64,000 bases of DNA from Octopus vulgaris (lineage: Eukaryota): assembly GCA_951406725.2 (NCBI GenBank), contig OX597814.1:198214001-198278000 (forward strand), in the 5' to 3' direction. This document shows, one piece after another, positions 13,441 through 25,986 of this stretch. The position numbers were made by a program, and so were the translations under genes. The number at the start of each line of letters is the position of its first letter. The stretch's first letter is position 1. The notes under the pieces were generated by a model, which made no database searches, was not told the DNA's origin, and worked only from the letters and a program-made list of their open reading frames with translations.

Positions 13441-14676
13441 ACAAAGTAAGTTAGGGGTTAGGGATAGTATTTATCCAATATATTGTTGGCAAAGTACCCA
13501 GTGCCTACAACCTCAATATATTGACAACTATAGGCAATAAAAATAAAAATAACTACTTTTAATCATAGGCTGAAACAGCTGTAAGAAGTGATTTTAATGA
13601 TTTCAATAATTTATATTATGATTTTTATAATTAGTATTCTTATCTTATATGTATTGAATTATAAGATATATATGTATACTATTAAGGTTCTCATTTTATT
13701 AAATCCAACATTCTAATATCCGAAAGTTGATGAATAAGCTAAATTTGTTTTTCCATTTTCTTATTTGTGTATCATCATCATCATCATCATCATCATTTAA
13801 CGTCCGCTTTCCATGCTAGCATGGGTTGGACGGTTCAACTGGGGTCTGGGGAGCCCGAAAGCTGCACCAGTCCAGTCAGATCTGGCAGTATATATTTATA
13901 TATATATATAATTTCACTTAGGCATAACAACACTAATAACCTGTTGTTAGAACTCAATTTACATGTACTTTACAATAAAGCATTTGGGCAAGACAGAGTT
14001 AATATAGAGTGTAATACAAATTATCGAATGACAACAGAACAGAAATTACATAATCATAAATCTCCTGTTCCCTTGTCATTCAATAATTCACACATGACTA
14101 ATAAACTATAAAACTGTATTTTGCAAATATATGGTAAGAGAGAGAGAGAAAGCTTATAACTTTCCTTTTGTTTCTGCATCTCTAGAGAATAGTGTTTTAG
14201 GACAAAATAGTACTGAAACCCAATATTATATTGGAAGCCATGCATAGTAGCACCAAGAGCTGCATGTGGCTTGTGAGCCATAGTTTAGCCACCGTTGTCC
14301 AACAGTGTCAATAGGCATGCTAGAAACAGCAGCCAGGTTCCTATCTTATCTTAAAAAAGGAAGAATGTGTTGAATAATGTAGTAATTGATTTACAAACTG
14401 TGTTTGAATACATTGGACATGGCTCACACCTTTGAAGAAGATTGACCTAAACAATAAGGATATGGGAGGAATTAAACTAACGAGAAGTTGGGTGTATTTG
14501 TTTGTCCTCGTTTTCATTGTCTTATATTGATTGGTGGACAACTTCAAGTTCTTCTTGTAAACTAGGATCTTCGTTTATTGCTGGGGCACTTGTCTTTAAC
14601 CGTTCCTTATTACTAATAATTCAGCCATGACATAAGAGAAGAACCGTAATGCAAAGTCTGTAAAACAGGTAATGGA

Positions 14677-14796
14677 AAACATAAATTAACATACCTAAAC
14701 ATAAATTAACATACCTAAATATAAATTAACATACCTAAACATAAATTAACATACCTAAACATAAATTAACATACCTAAACATAAATTAACATATCT
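14677..14796. repeat. 20-bp minisatellite (AAACATAAATTAACATACCT) x6
   Basis: Six tandem units with 2 substitutions. Confidence 0.95.
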
Positions 14797-15415
14797 AAAA
14801 GTAGAAATACAAAGTTTATAGTAAATGCTTAAATTTGTGAATGTGTGCTCAGTATGTCGTCAGATACCTTAACCTCACGGCTATTGGACTGTTTGTTTAA
14901 AAAGTATAATGTAAAATTCAGAAACTTTGAGAGACATGAGATAATTCAATTTTAACAGTGGGAATCGAAAAAGATAAATCTATAAACAATAGCAAGTGGA
15001 TATAGGCTTAAAAAAAACTTCAACTTTTTCTGTCTGAAGGGTTTTTTGTTTTTTATTCCTGTATTTACAAGATATTGTTTGTAGCTTTATAGCTTTATCT
15101 ACTTCAAGCTCCACCGTAAAAATTGAATTATAATGTATAACAAATGATTTTTTTTATTACCCCAACATACTTCTAGACCCGAGAGCAGCAGTTAATATGA
15201 AAGAAATATATTGAGAGGTTTAAGAAAAGGGAACACATTTCTTACAAAAAAAAAAAAAAAAAAAGCCGATGTGGAAATGATAGTGAAATTAAAATAATCC
15301 TAAAAATGAAAATACAAACAAAATTATTGCTATTAAAAAATAAAGGCTGACAATTTTCAATGGAAATTCTGTTGTTGTCCAGCATGGAATTCTTTCTCTC
15401 CAGCAGTTCTTGGAT

Positions 15416-15547
15416 TTACATAATAATTTGAGGTTCTGGAACTGACACAGATATAGCTTTATGTGGAAGAATTCGACCACCATTGATATAAAGTTCATCT
15501 TTGACGATTACATCTTCTCCAAGCACCGACACATTTTCCATGCGAAC
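15416..15547 (-). CDS. GMPPB: GMPPB terminal exon ([43 protein letters not shown])
   Basis: tttcag| acceptor, TAA at 15416-15418. Candidate minus-strand AATAAA signals near 15153 and 15052. Confidence 0.96.
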   Translation of the reverse strand, partial: VRMENVSVLGEDVIVKDELYINGGRILPHKAISVSVPEPQIIM

Positions 15548-17704
15548 CTGAAATGAAAACAGTGACATTGTCAGCAACATGATAAGCTAAGGCAAGAGAA
15601 ATCAACATCAAAATCAAAATCACATTCGATGACTGGCATCCGTACTAGCGGGGTGCAAAGAGCACCATACAAGCGTGATCGTTGGCAGAGCAGCTAGTGG
15701 CACGTAAAAGGGTACCATTCGAGTGTGATCATTACCAGCGTCGCCTTACTGGCACTTATGCCCATGCTAGTAGGGTGCCAAGAGCACCATCCGAGCATGA
15801 TCGTTGCCAGAGCATCTAACTGGCTTCCGTGCCGGTTGCACTTAAAAGGGTACCATTCGAGCGTGATCGTTACCAACATCGCCTTACTGGCACCTGTGCT
15901 GGTGGCATGTGTAAAAAGATTCGAGCGAGGTCATTGCCAGTACCACCTGACTAGCCCCTGTGCTGGTGGCACATAAAAAGCACCCACTACACTCTCGGAG
16001 TGGTTGACGTTAGGAAGGGCATCCAGCTGTAGAAACTCTGCCTGATCAAGATTGAAGCCTGGTGCAGCCTACTGGTTTGCCAGTCCTCAGTCAAAATCAT
16101 CCAACCTATGCTAGCATGGAAAGCGGACGTTAAACGACGATGATGATGATGATGTTCAGACATGGCTGTGTGGTTAAGAAGCTTGCTTTCCAACCATGTG
16201 GTCGCAGGTTCAATTCCACAGTGCAGCACCTTGGGTAAGTGTCTTTTACTACAGCCCAAGACTGATTAAAGCATTCTGAGTGAATTCAGTAGATGGAAAC
16301 TGTGTGGAAGCCAATTGCATGTGTGTGTGTGTGTGTACCCTTGTCTTGACATGGTGGTTGTAAATGAGTATCACTATCATAGAAGTGGGGTTGTTCGCTT
16401 CCAATTTTCCTAGGAAAACATCTGCTGGCATCGCTGAGTGGTTAACAAGTTCACTTTCCAATGTTTGATATAATAAATATATCTACCCACTGAACCAAAC
16501 CAGATAATATTTTCACTGTGTAAAATATATGTTGCAACAGCAGCAACACTAACAGTAACAACAAAAGCCACTCCCCTGCTACAAATTTCATCCAATCAGC
16601 AACAAGTTTATCCAGCAGTGGTTGTTATCTGCTTTTTTACATTTTTCAAATCTACTGAAAAACTATCTTTCTTGCAGTTGTCATCGTCGTCTTCTTCTTC
16701 CAATCAGGACTCACGCCATTAGCCACAAAGAATAATCTCTAACTCAAGCCTACTCTAAGCTACTAAGAATGCATATGGCAACTTGAAGATCCACCCACCA
16801 CACGCAATAGACTGGTGGTGCCACCGGCACAAGGGCCAGTCAGGCAGTAATGGCAACAGCCACGCTCAAGTGGTGTTTTTTTTATGTGCCACCTGCACAG
16901 GCGTTAGTCCAGTGGCACTGGCAACGACCTCACTTGAATGTTTTTTCATGTTCCACTAGCACAAGTGCCAGTAAGGCGACGCTGGTAACGATCACGTACC
17001 ACCAGCACAGAATCCAGTTAGCTGCTATATAATACTATATCATACATGCCAGTGCCGCCTGACTGGCACCTGTGCCAGTGGCACATAAAAAGCACCATTC
17101 GAGTGTGGCTGATGCCAGTGCTGCCTGACTGGCTTCCATGCTGGTGACATGTAAAAAGCACCCACTACACACTTGGAGTGGTTGGCATTAGGAAGGACAT
17201 CCAGCAGTAGAAACCTTGCCAGATTCAGATCGGAGCCTGGCATAGCCTCCCGGCTCACCAGTCCTCAGTCAAACCATCCAACCCATGCCAGCATGGAAAG
17301 TGGACGTTAAGCAACAACGATGACGATGATACATATGTATGTGTGAGTGTGTGTGTGTGTGTGTATGGTGGGTGTGGGTGTGTTTTCAAGATCCTTTGTT
17401 TTGACATTGCTAATTGTAAATTTATGTCAGTCATAGAAGCAGCGTCATTCTTCAAGAATCTTCTGAGGAAATATGTCTGGCAACTGGGCTCTTTTACTCG
17501 TTTCAGTCATTTGACTGCGGCCATGCTGGAGCACCACCTCTAGTCAAGCAAATCGACCCCAGGACTTATTCTTTGTAAGCCTGGTACTTATTCTATCAGT
17601 TTCTTTTTGCTGAACCGCTAAGTTACGGGGACATAAACACACCACCATTGGTTGTCAAGCAAAGGTGGAGGGGGACAAACACAGACACACAAACATATAC
17701 ACAA

Positions 17705-17759
<55 letters not shown>

Positions 17760-20700
17760 GATATATACATAATACGATGGGCTTCTTTCAGTTTCCATCT
17801 ACCAAATCCACTCACAAGGCTTTGGTCAGTCTGAGGCTATAATAGAAGGCACTTGCCCAAGGTGCCACACAGTGGGAATGAACCCAGAACCATGTGGTTG
17901 GTAAGCAAGCTACTTACTACACAGCCACTCCTGGACTGTTCATATTCAATGGACTAAGGGAAATATTGCCTTACTGAGCAACAAGTGATGGGTGGTGACA
18001 AGAAGGACAGCCTGCCATAGAAAATTTGCCATAACGAATTTCGTCTAAGCATGGAAATGTGGACTTCAAAACTATGACAATGACAATAGAACATAAAATG
18101 CTGACTTACCCACTGTCCTACGATGCATTTCCAACCAATGATGCATGACTCCAGCCAGGAATGAGATTTTATGTGAGCATCTTTTAGAATTGTGCACCGT
18201 TTTATGCAAACACCATCTTCAATGATAACACCCGGTGCTATTGTGACATTTGGACCTATTCTACACTTCTTGCCAATTTGGGCAGTGGAATCCTGCAAAA
18301 AGAATATTTCGGTAGAAATAATGATGAAAATCTTAGTATCATGCTCATGTAAACTTTCAAATTATTTGAAGAACTTATAATATTTGCAGAAACAAAACAA
18401 CAAAACAGTGATGAGTATGATCAATTTCAAACATAAGTATAAGGCACCTTATTTGAAGGGAAGGGCACAAATCATGACAACAATCCAGTGTACTCTTCAT
18501 CCCTTATTTTTGTCTTTTTCAAGCTCCATAAGATACAAGCCATTGTCATTAGAAGAAGGAATACTTAAAAGATCAAAGTGAGGCGCAGAAGTGGCTGTGT
18601 GGTAAGTAGCGTGCTTACCAACCACATGGTTTTGGGTTCATTCCCACTGCGTGGCACCTTGGGCAAGTGTCTTCTACTGTAGCCTCAGGCCGACCGAAGC
18701 CTTGTGAGTGGATCTGGTCCATGGAAACTGAAAGAAGCCCGTTGTTTATATGTAAATAAATATATATGTGTGCATGTGCTTGTTTGTCTGTGTTTGTCCC
18801 ACCAACATCACTTGACAACCGATGCTGGTGTGTTAACATCCCCGTAACTTAGCAGTTCGGCAAAAGAGACTGACAGAATAAGTACTAGGCTTACAAAGAA
18901 TAAGTCCTGGGGGTCAATTTGCTTGACTATAGGCGGTGCTACAGTATGGCCACAATCAAATGACTGAAACAAGTGAAAGAGTAAAAGAGAGAGAGAGTAT
19001 ACCAAGACCTTAATACAAAAGAAAAGTTGACCAAAATACAAAATTACTTACAATTAGTACATTACCAACAATTCCTTCTCCATTAAAAAGTTTTTCGGGA
19101 GCTTTCTGTTTCAGAGAGCTAAGGTAAAGGCACATTCCAGTCAGAAAATCTTTCGGTTGACCTACGTCCATCCAGAATCCTGCAAAAATAATTAAATAAA
19201 TTTGATAATTAAACTTTCAACACATTACTTTACACTTTTTATTTGTTTCAGTCTGTGGCCAAGCTGGAGCACCATCTTGAAAAATTGTTGTAGTCGAACC
19301 AATTGATTCTAGTACTAAATATTTTTTTTTAAGCCTGGCACTTATTCCACCACTAAATTATGGGAACATAAACAAAACAACACCAGTTGTCAACTGGTGC
19401 TAAAATAGGACATCTATTTATTAATACTTTTTCTTTGTGCCATAGGCACAAGGCCTGAAATTTCAGGGGAAGAAGCTAGTTGACATCACTGACCTCAGCA
19501 CTTCACTGATGTTTACTCTATCGATCCCGCCAAAAGGTCAAAAGAAAAAGTTGACCTAAGCGGAATTTGAACTCAGAATGTAAAAGCAGACAACATGTGA
19601 CTAAGCACTTTGTCCAGTGTGCTAACAATTCTGCCAGCTCACCATCTCCTCACTCTTTGGCCATTATTAGCCACTCAATGGAAACTAATGAAGAAATAAT
19701 AAAAAAAAAGAGAAAACCAACCTTCAAGTTCCATAGCAAAAAGATTCCCATCCTTGGCCATAAAGGGGAAAACTTCTTTTTCTACAGAGGTTGGTTTTAG
19801 CTAAAATGTTGAAAATAAAATTTTACTCAGAATTTTGTAGGGTAGCAAAAATTTTACTTAAAGAGCAAACCTGGTCTGTATATTTTAATTTCATTTAGGA
19901 TCTTTTCGGTTTGAACGGCAGTTTTTTTCTAGCGGTGTCATATGAAATTGTCACCCATAATTATGACCCGAGTATCGATCTATTGCATTTCAACCTGTTT
20001 TAGGGTTGGTTAGGGTTAGGGGTGGGGGGAAGGGTATCTTTTTTCCTTCACAAATGTAAATAAACCCAATCTGTTTCTTAAACGAGGGACATATTCATAT
20101 GGCACAGAATGTTTTTTACCTCAATAGATGTCAGTGATTGGTTGAAATTGCAGAAATTTAAGAAAAAAAAAACAACAATATCTTACAAACCATAGAATTT
20201 TCTCAATAAAGCCAAGAGAAAAAGATGTTTTATAAACACATTCTACCAGTATACGAAGTTTAAAATTTTTTAGTAACCTAGAAATTATGTTAAAAAATGC
20301 CGTTCAAACCGTAAAGATCCTTCATTTACTTTCAATTTATTTCATTAAAGTAATTAGAACAATGAAATTTATACACAGATGAAAATCAAATGGAAATTGT
20401 AGTTAAGATACCTGTGCCGGTGACACGTTAAAAGCACTGTCCGAACGTGGCAGATACTAGTGCCACCTGACTGGCGTCTGTGTTGGTGACACGTAAAAGC
20501 ACCAACCGATTGTGGTCGTTTGTCAGCCTTCTCTGGCCCCTGTGCTGGTGGCACGTAAAAAGCACCCACTACACTCACGGAGTGGCTGGCGTTAGGAAGG
20601 GCATCCAGATGTAGACACACTGCCAGATCAGACTGGAGCCTGGTGCAGCCGCCTTGCTTCCCAGACCCCGGTTGAACTGTCCAACCCATGCTAGCATGGA

Positions 20701-23700
20701 AAACGGACGTTAAACGATGATGATGATGAATAGCTGCAGATGTGGCTGTGTGGTTAAGAAGCTAGCTTCCCAACCATGTAGTTTTGGGTTCAGTCTCACT
20801 GTACAGCAACCAGGGCAAGTGTCTTTTACTATAGCCCTGGGTCAACCAAAGCCTTGTTTGTGGATTTGGTAAATGGAAACTAAAAGAAGTCTGCCATATA
20901 AATGTATGTGTGTCTGTTAGTGTGTATTCTTGTCTTGACATCACGAAGTGGCTGTAAAACGACTTCATACAAGTGATGTTGCTTTGTTTTCAGTCATCTA
21001 TAAAGAAACACATGTTTGGTCATGGGGAAATATTACCATACTTAGAAACAGGTGAGGGTTGGTGATTAGAAGAGCATCTAACCATAGAAAATCTGCCTCA
21101 ACAAATTCTGTCCAACCCATGCAAGTATGGAAAAACTGAAGATGTTTAGTACCAGCGTTGCCTTACTGGCACTCAGGCCCCGTGCTAGTAGGGTGTTAAG
21201 AGCACCATCCGAGCGTGATCGTTGCCAGAGCAGCTATCTGGCCTTCGTGCCAGTGGCACATAAAAGACACCATTCGAGCATGATCGTTACTAGCATCGCC
21301 TTACTGGCACTCGAGCCCCGTGCTAGTAGGGTGTTAAGAGCACCATCCGAGCGTGATCATTGCCAGAGCGGCTATCTGGCCTCCATGCTGGTGGCACGTA
21401 AAAGACACCATCCGAGCGTGACCATTACCAGCATCGCCTTACAGGCACCTGTGCAAGTGGCATGTGTAAAAAATTCGAGCGAGGTCGTTGCCAGAACCGC
21501 CTCTCGGAGTGGTTGGCGTTAGGAAGGGCATCCAGCTGTAGAAACTCTGCCAGATCAAGATTGAAGCCTGGTGCAGCCATCTGGTTTGCCAGCCCTCAGT
21601 CAAATCATCCAACCCATGCTAGCATGGAAAGCAGACGTTAAACAACAATGATGATGATGACAATGATTAAAGATATTAACATACCTGAATTCTCTTTAAT
21701 ACTGACGTGCTAAAAACATACATTCCGGCGTTAATCTTATTGGATACAAATTCTTGGGGTTTTTCTACAAAGTCATGTATCCTTCCAGTTTCTCCATCGT
21801 AAATCACAACACCATATTTGGATGGCTCTTCCACTTTGGTAACCTGTTGATTAAACAAAATACATGAAAAACTGAGGTGATGTTTTGAAAAAAAAAATAC
21901 AAGCCAAAGAAATTAGAAAATTAGTGATGGTCTGTGTCAGTGCTTATAAGAAACTTGTGTGTATCTAACCAAGAAGATAGTGTCTTGTAAGGAAAGGAAA
22001 ATTCTATGACTAATACATAGCACTTGTCAAGGAAATCATAAGACTTTATTCATTGACCAGATGGTGCAAGAAAGGAAGAATTACATCATCTAAAGCAGTG
22101 GTTCCCAGGCAGGGTTCATTTATGACCCTTTGGGTCAACGTGAGATTTAGTTAAAGTTTATGCACAATAAATTGTTTATACTTCTTGTTTCTTTATTGCC
22201 CACAAGGGGCTAAACATAGAGGTGACAAACAAGGACAGACAAAGAGATTAAGTCGATTACATCGATCCCAGTGCATAACTGGTACTTAATTTATAGACCC
22301 CCACAAGGATGAAATGCAAAGTTGACCTCGGTGGAATTTGAACTCAGAACGTAATGGCAGACGAAATACCACTAAGCATTTCACCCAGTGTGCTAACATT
22401 TCTGCCAACTCGCCACCTACCTTCTACAATACATAAAAGATTTTAACAATTTTTTTTTTATACAATTTCTAATAATATTTAATTATAAAAATATTACAGG
22501 ATTTTTTAAAACACTGAACAGCTATGAGGGTCCAGCAGAGTAAAATAAGAATCAAAGGAGCTATTATTATTGTTATTACCATTATTATTATTATTATAAC
22601 AATAAGGTTGCAAGCTGGCAGAATCGTTAGAACAATGGATGAAACATGGTATTTCACTCGTTGCTACATTCCGAGTTCAAATTCAGCAGAGGTCAACTTA
22701 GCCTTTCATCCTTTCAGGGTCGATAAATCAAGTACCAGTGAAACACTGGGGTTAATGTAATCGGCTAACCCACCTCTCCCAAATTTCAGGTCTTGTGCCG
22801 CCAATAGAAAGGATTATTATTATTATTATTATTATCCTTATTATTATAGCTGGGTTCCAACCCGGGTCACAGTAACAAAGTCTATGCGCCACACTTCTTG
22901 GTCTATTATCACTGCCTTCATTTCCTGGATACATTCCAGGCCAGTGTCTACAATCAAGTTGTCCATGTGTGATGTGTTCCTCTTCTCACATCACCAAGAA
23001 GTGAGTGGCACAAGACCAATTTTGGATGCTTGTAGTTCAGGGTGGTGCACACTGTGGCCAGATAGTCGGAGCCACCTTTGCCTGATCTTCTTGATAACTT
23101 TCAGCAGGTCTCCATAAAGGAATTCATTTGTTATATAGGTAGAAAAAGATTGAGAAACTACAGATGTAAAGTGTCATTCCATGATTCAAAGATGGTACAC
23201 TGCGATCTGAGAGAAATGAAATTTGGTTGCTATTTTTAGTAGGTTGACTGGCCCCCGTGCCGGTGGCACATAAAAAGCACGATTTAAGCATGGTCGATGC
23301 CAGTACAGGCTTGACTGGCCCTTATGCCAGTGGCACGCAAAAAGTTCCCACTACACTCTCAGAGTGGTTGGTGTTAGGAAGGGCATCCAGCTGTAGAAAC
23401 ATTGCCAGATCGGATTGGAGCCTGGTGCAGCCTCCTGGCTTGCCAGCCCTCAGTCAAACCGTCCAACCCATGCCAGCATGGAAAGCAGATATTAAACCAC
23501 TATGATGATGATGATGATGATGACTGACTATATGGAAGCAAAGTTGAACCCCATGGCATATGAACTCTGAACACGAAGATAGACAAAACACCATTCAGCA
23601 TTTCACCCAGCATGCTAACAATAATAATAATAATAATATTTGAAGAGAGTTAGGCGCAGGAGTGGCTGTGTGGTAAGTAGCTTGCTAACCAACCACATGG

Positions 23701-25954
23701 TTCCGGGTTCAGTCCCACTGCGTGGCATCTTGCTATAGCCCCGGGCCGACCAATGCTTTGTGAGTGGATTTGGTTGACGGAAATTGAAAGAAGCCTGTCA
23801 TATATATATATATATGTATGTGTATGTGTTTGTGTGTCTGTGTTTGTCCCCCTAGCATTGCTTGACAACCGATGCTGGTGTGTTTACGTCCCCGTCACTT
23901 AGCGGTTCGGCAAAAGAGACCGATAGAATAAGTACTGGGCTTACAAAGAATAAGTCCCGGGGTCGATTTGCTCGACTAAAGGCGGTGCTCCAGCATGGCC
24001 ACAGACAAATGACTGAAACAAGTAAGAGAGAGAAAGAAAGAAAGAAAGAGAGAGTTACCTTATAAGTACAACAATCTATACACTTTGATCAATTGTATAC
24101 AAACCAATATTGACATGGATACAAATACATGGCCAGAAGAACTGTCTTAATACTCACAGCAATTGTCCCTTCTCGACCGTGGTCTTTGTGAAACTGTATC
24201 ATTGTTTTGAATGGGAAGTCACATATGATGTCACTATTGAGGACAAAGAAAGGCTGGTCATCTTCTAATAAGTGTTCACGTGCCAAAGCTAGAGGCCCAG
24301 CTGTACAAAGAAAAAACACACAGTTTAAAAAAAGATGCAGAGGAAAAAAAGTATAAATTATATTTGTAAGATCTGTGCCGGTGGCACATAAAAAGCACCA
24401 TCCGAACGTGGCTGTTGTCAGCGCCGCGCCTTGGCTGGCTTCTGTGCCGGTGGCACGTTAAAAGCTCCAACCGATTGTGGCCGATGCCGGACCCCCCTGG
24501 CACCTGTGCAGGTGGCACATAAAAAGCACCCACTACAATCGCGGAGTGGTTGGCGTTAGGAAGGGCATCCAGCCGTAGAAACTCTGCCAGATCAGACTGG
24601 AGCCTGGTGCAGCCCCTGGCTTCCCAGCCCCCGGTCGAACCATCCAACCCGTGCTAGCGCGGAAAACGGACGTTAAACGATGATGATGAAGATCATTTAT
24701 TTACCCTTTCATTACTGATAGTTTCCCAAAACTGATCTTATAAAACAACAGCAGTAAAGCAAAATAAAAACTAATTGATTTACATTAATCAATAAAAAAT
24801 TGTTATATGAAACTGTATAAAATTCATGAAGATTATATAAACTGCTCATATTCACCTGTTCCTAATGGTTCCTTCTCTTGTGATATAGTGATTCGAATAT
24901 CCATCTATTAGAAGATAATGTATATTTTAAAGACGAACAAAGCAAAATGTTTAAGAGTCATTAAATCAATCCTTTAGCATTCAGACCACTCTTTCAAATG
25001 TAATGCTTATTTATCTACATTGTTTGTATTGGGTTGTCCGGAAAGTTCGTGCCGATTCTTAAAGGAAAGAAAAAGGTCAATAAATACTTGCCATTACATT
25101 TTTAATCAGCTAAATATGAACCATTTTGTTGCACAATGCGCCTCCATCTTTCCTTTAACTTGAAAATACCCTCTTCCCAGAATTGAGGTGGTTTCATGGC
25201 AAAGAATTCATCAAGGTATCTTTTTATGTCATCGAAGGAATTGAAATTTTTACCATTAAGACTATTCTGCAGAGACCTGAATAAGTGGAAATCCGAAGGA
25301 GCAATATCTGGTGAATATGGAGGGTGGGGTAACACATCCCAGCCGAGCTGCAGCAATTTTTGTCTGGTTCCCAAAGCATCAAGTGCTGAAAATGAATGTT
25401 CTTATCTTCCATTTTAAAGGGTTACAGAATTAACACAGGTTATAGGAACATAAACCTTCTTCCACGAAAAGATAGCTTAAACTGTACTCTAAATGGAGGT
25501 GTAGTGAAATCTTATTTTATGGATTCAACCAGGTTCTAAAATAAGTCGAAAGGTAAGCTACTATAAATCAGCACAAGCTTTCCAGACAACCCAATATTAA
25601 TCATACACAATTTCATAGCTTTGAGGTTTAGATAATGTGATTGTTTATTTTTAAAATGGTTTAATTGATGTGAATAAAACTTGATTAATTGAATAATGAT
25701 ATTTGTATATCCTTCAAAAGGATAAAAGTTTAGATATTTTAAAGACCAACTAATAATAAGAAAAAATATTTTATTTTCATTAAGAAACGGATTTAGCTTT
25801 GAGATTTAGATAATGCGATTATTTTTAATATGATATTGTAGAGTAGGTGTGAGAGGCCAGACTAGGTTGCTTTGAACAAAAAAAAGTTTTGGCCGGATGA
25901 TGATGATTATTATTATTATTATTACTATTATTATTATTATCATCATCATCAGTA

Positions 25955-25986
<32 letters not shown>

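Noticed and set aside
17954-18109. Read-through extension of GMPPB exon 8 as an alternative C-terminus
   Set aside because: Runs into degenerate repeat sequence; a strong donor and a canonical terminal exon exist
20000-20035. TTAGGG telomere-like / G-quadruplex run
   Set aside because: Only 2-3 units and part of the Merlin-like MITE interior
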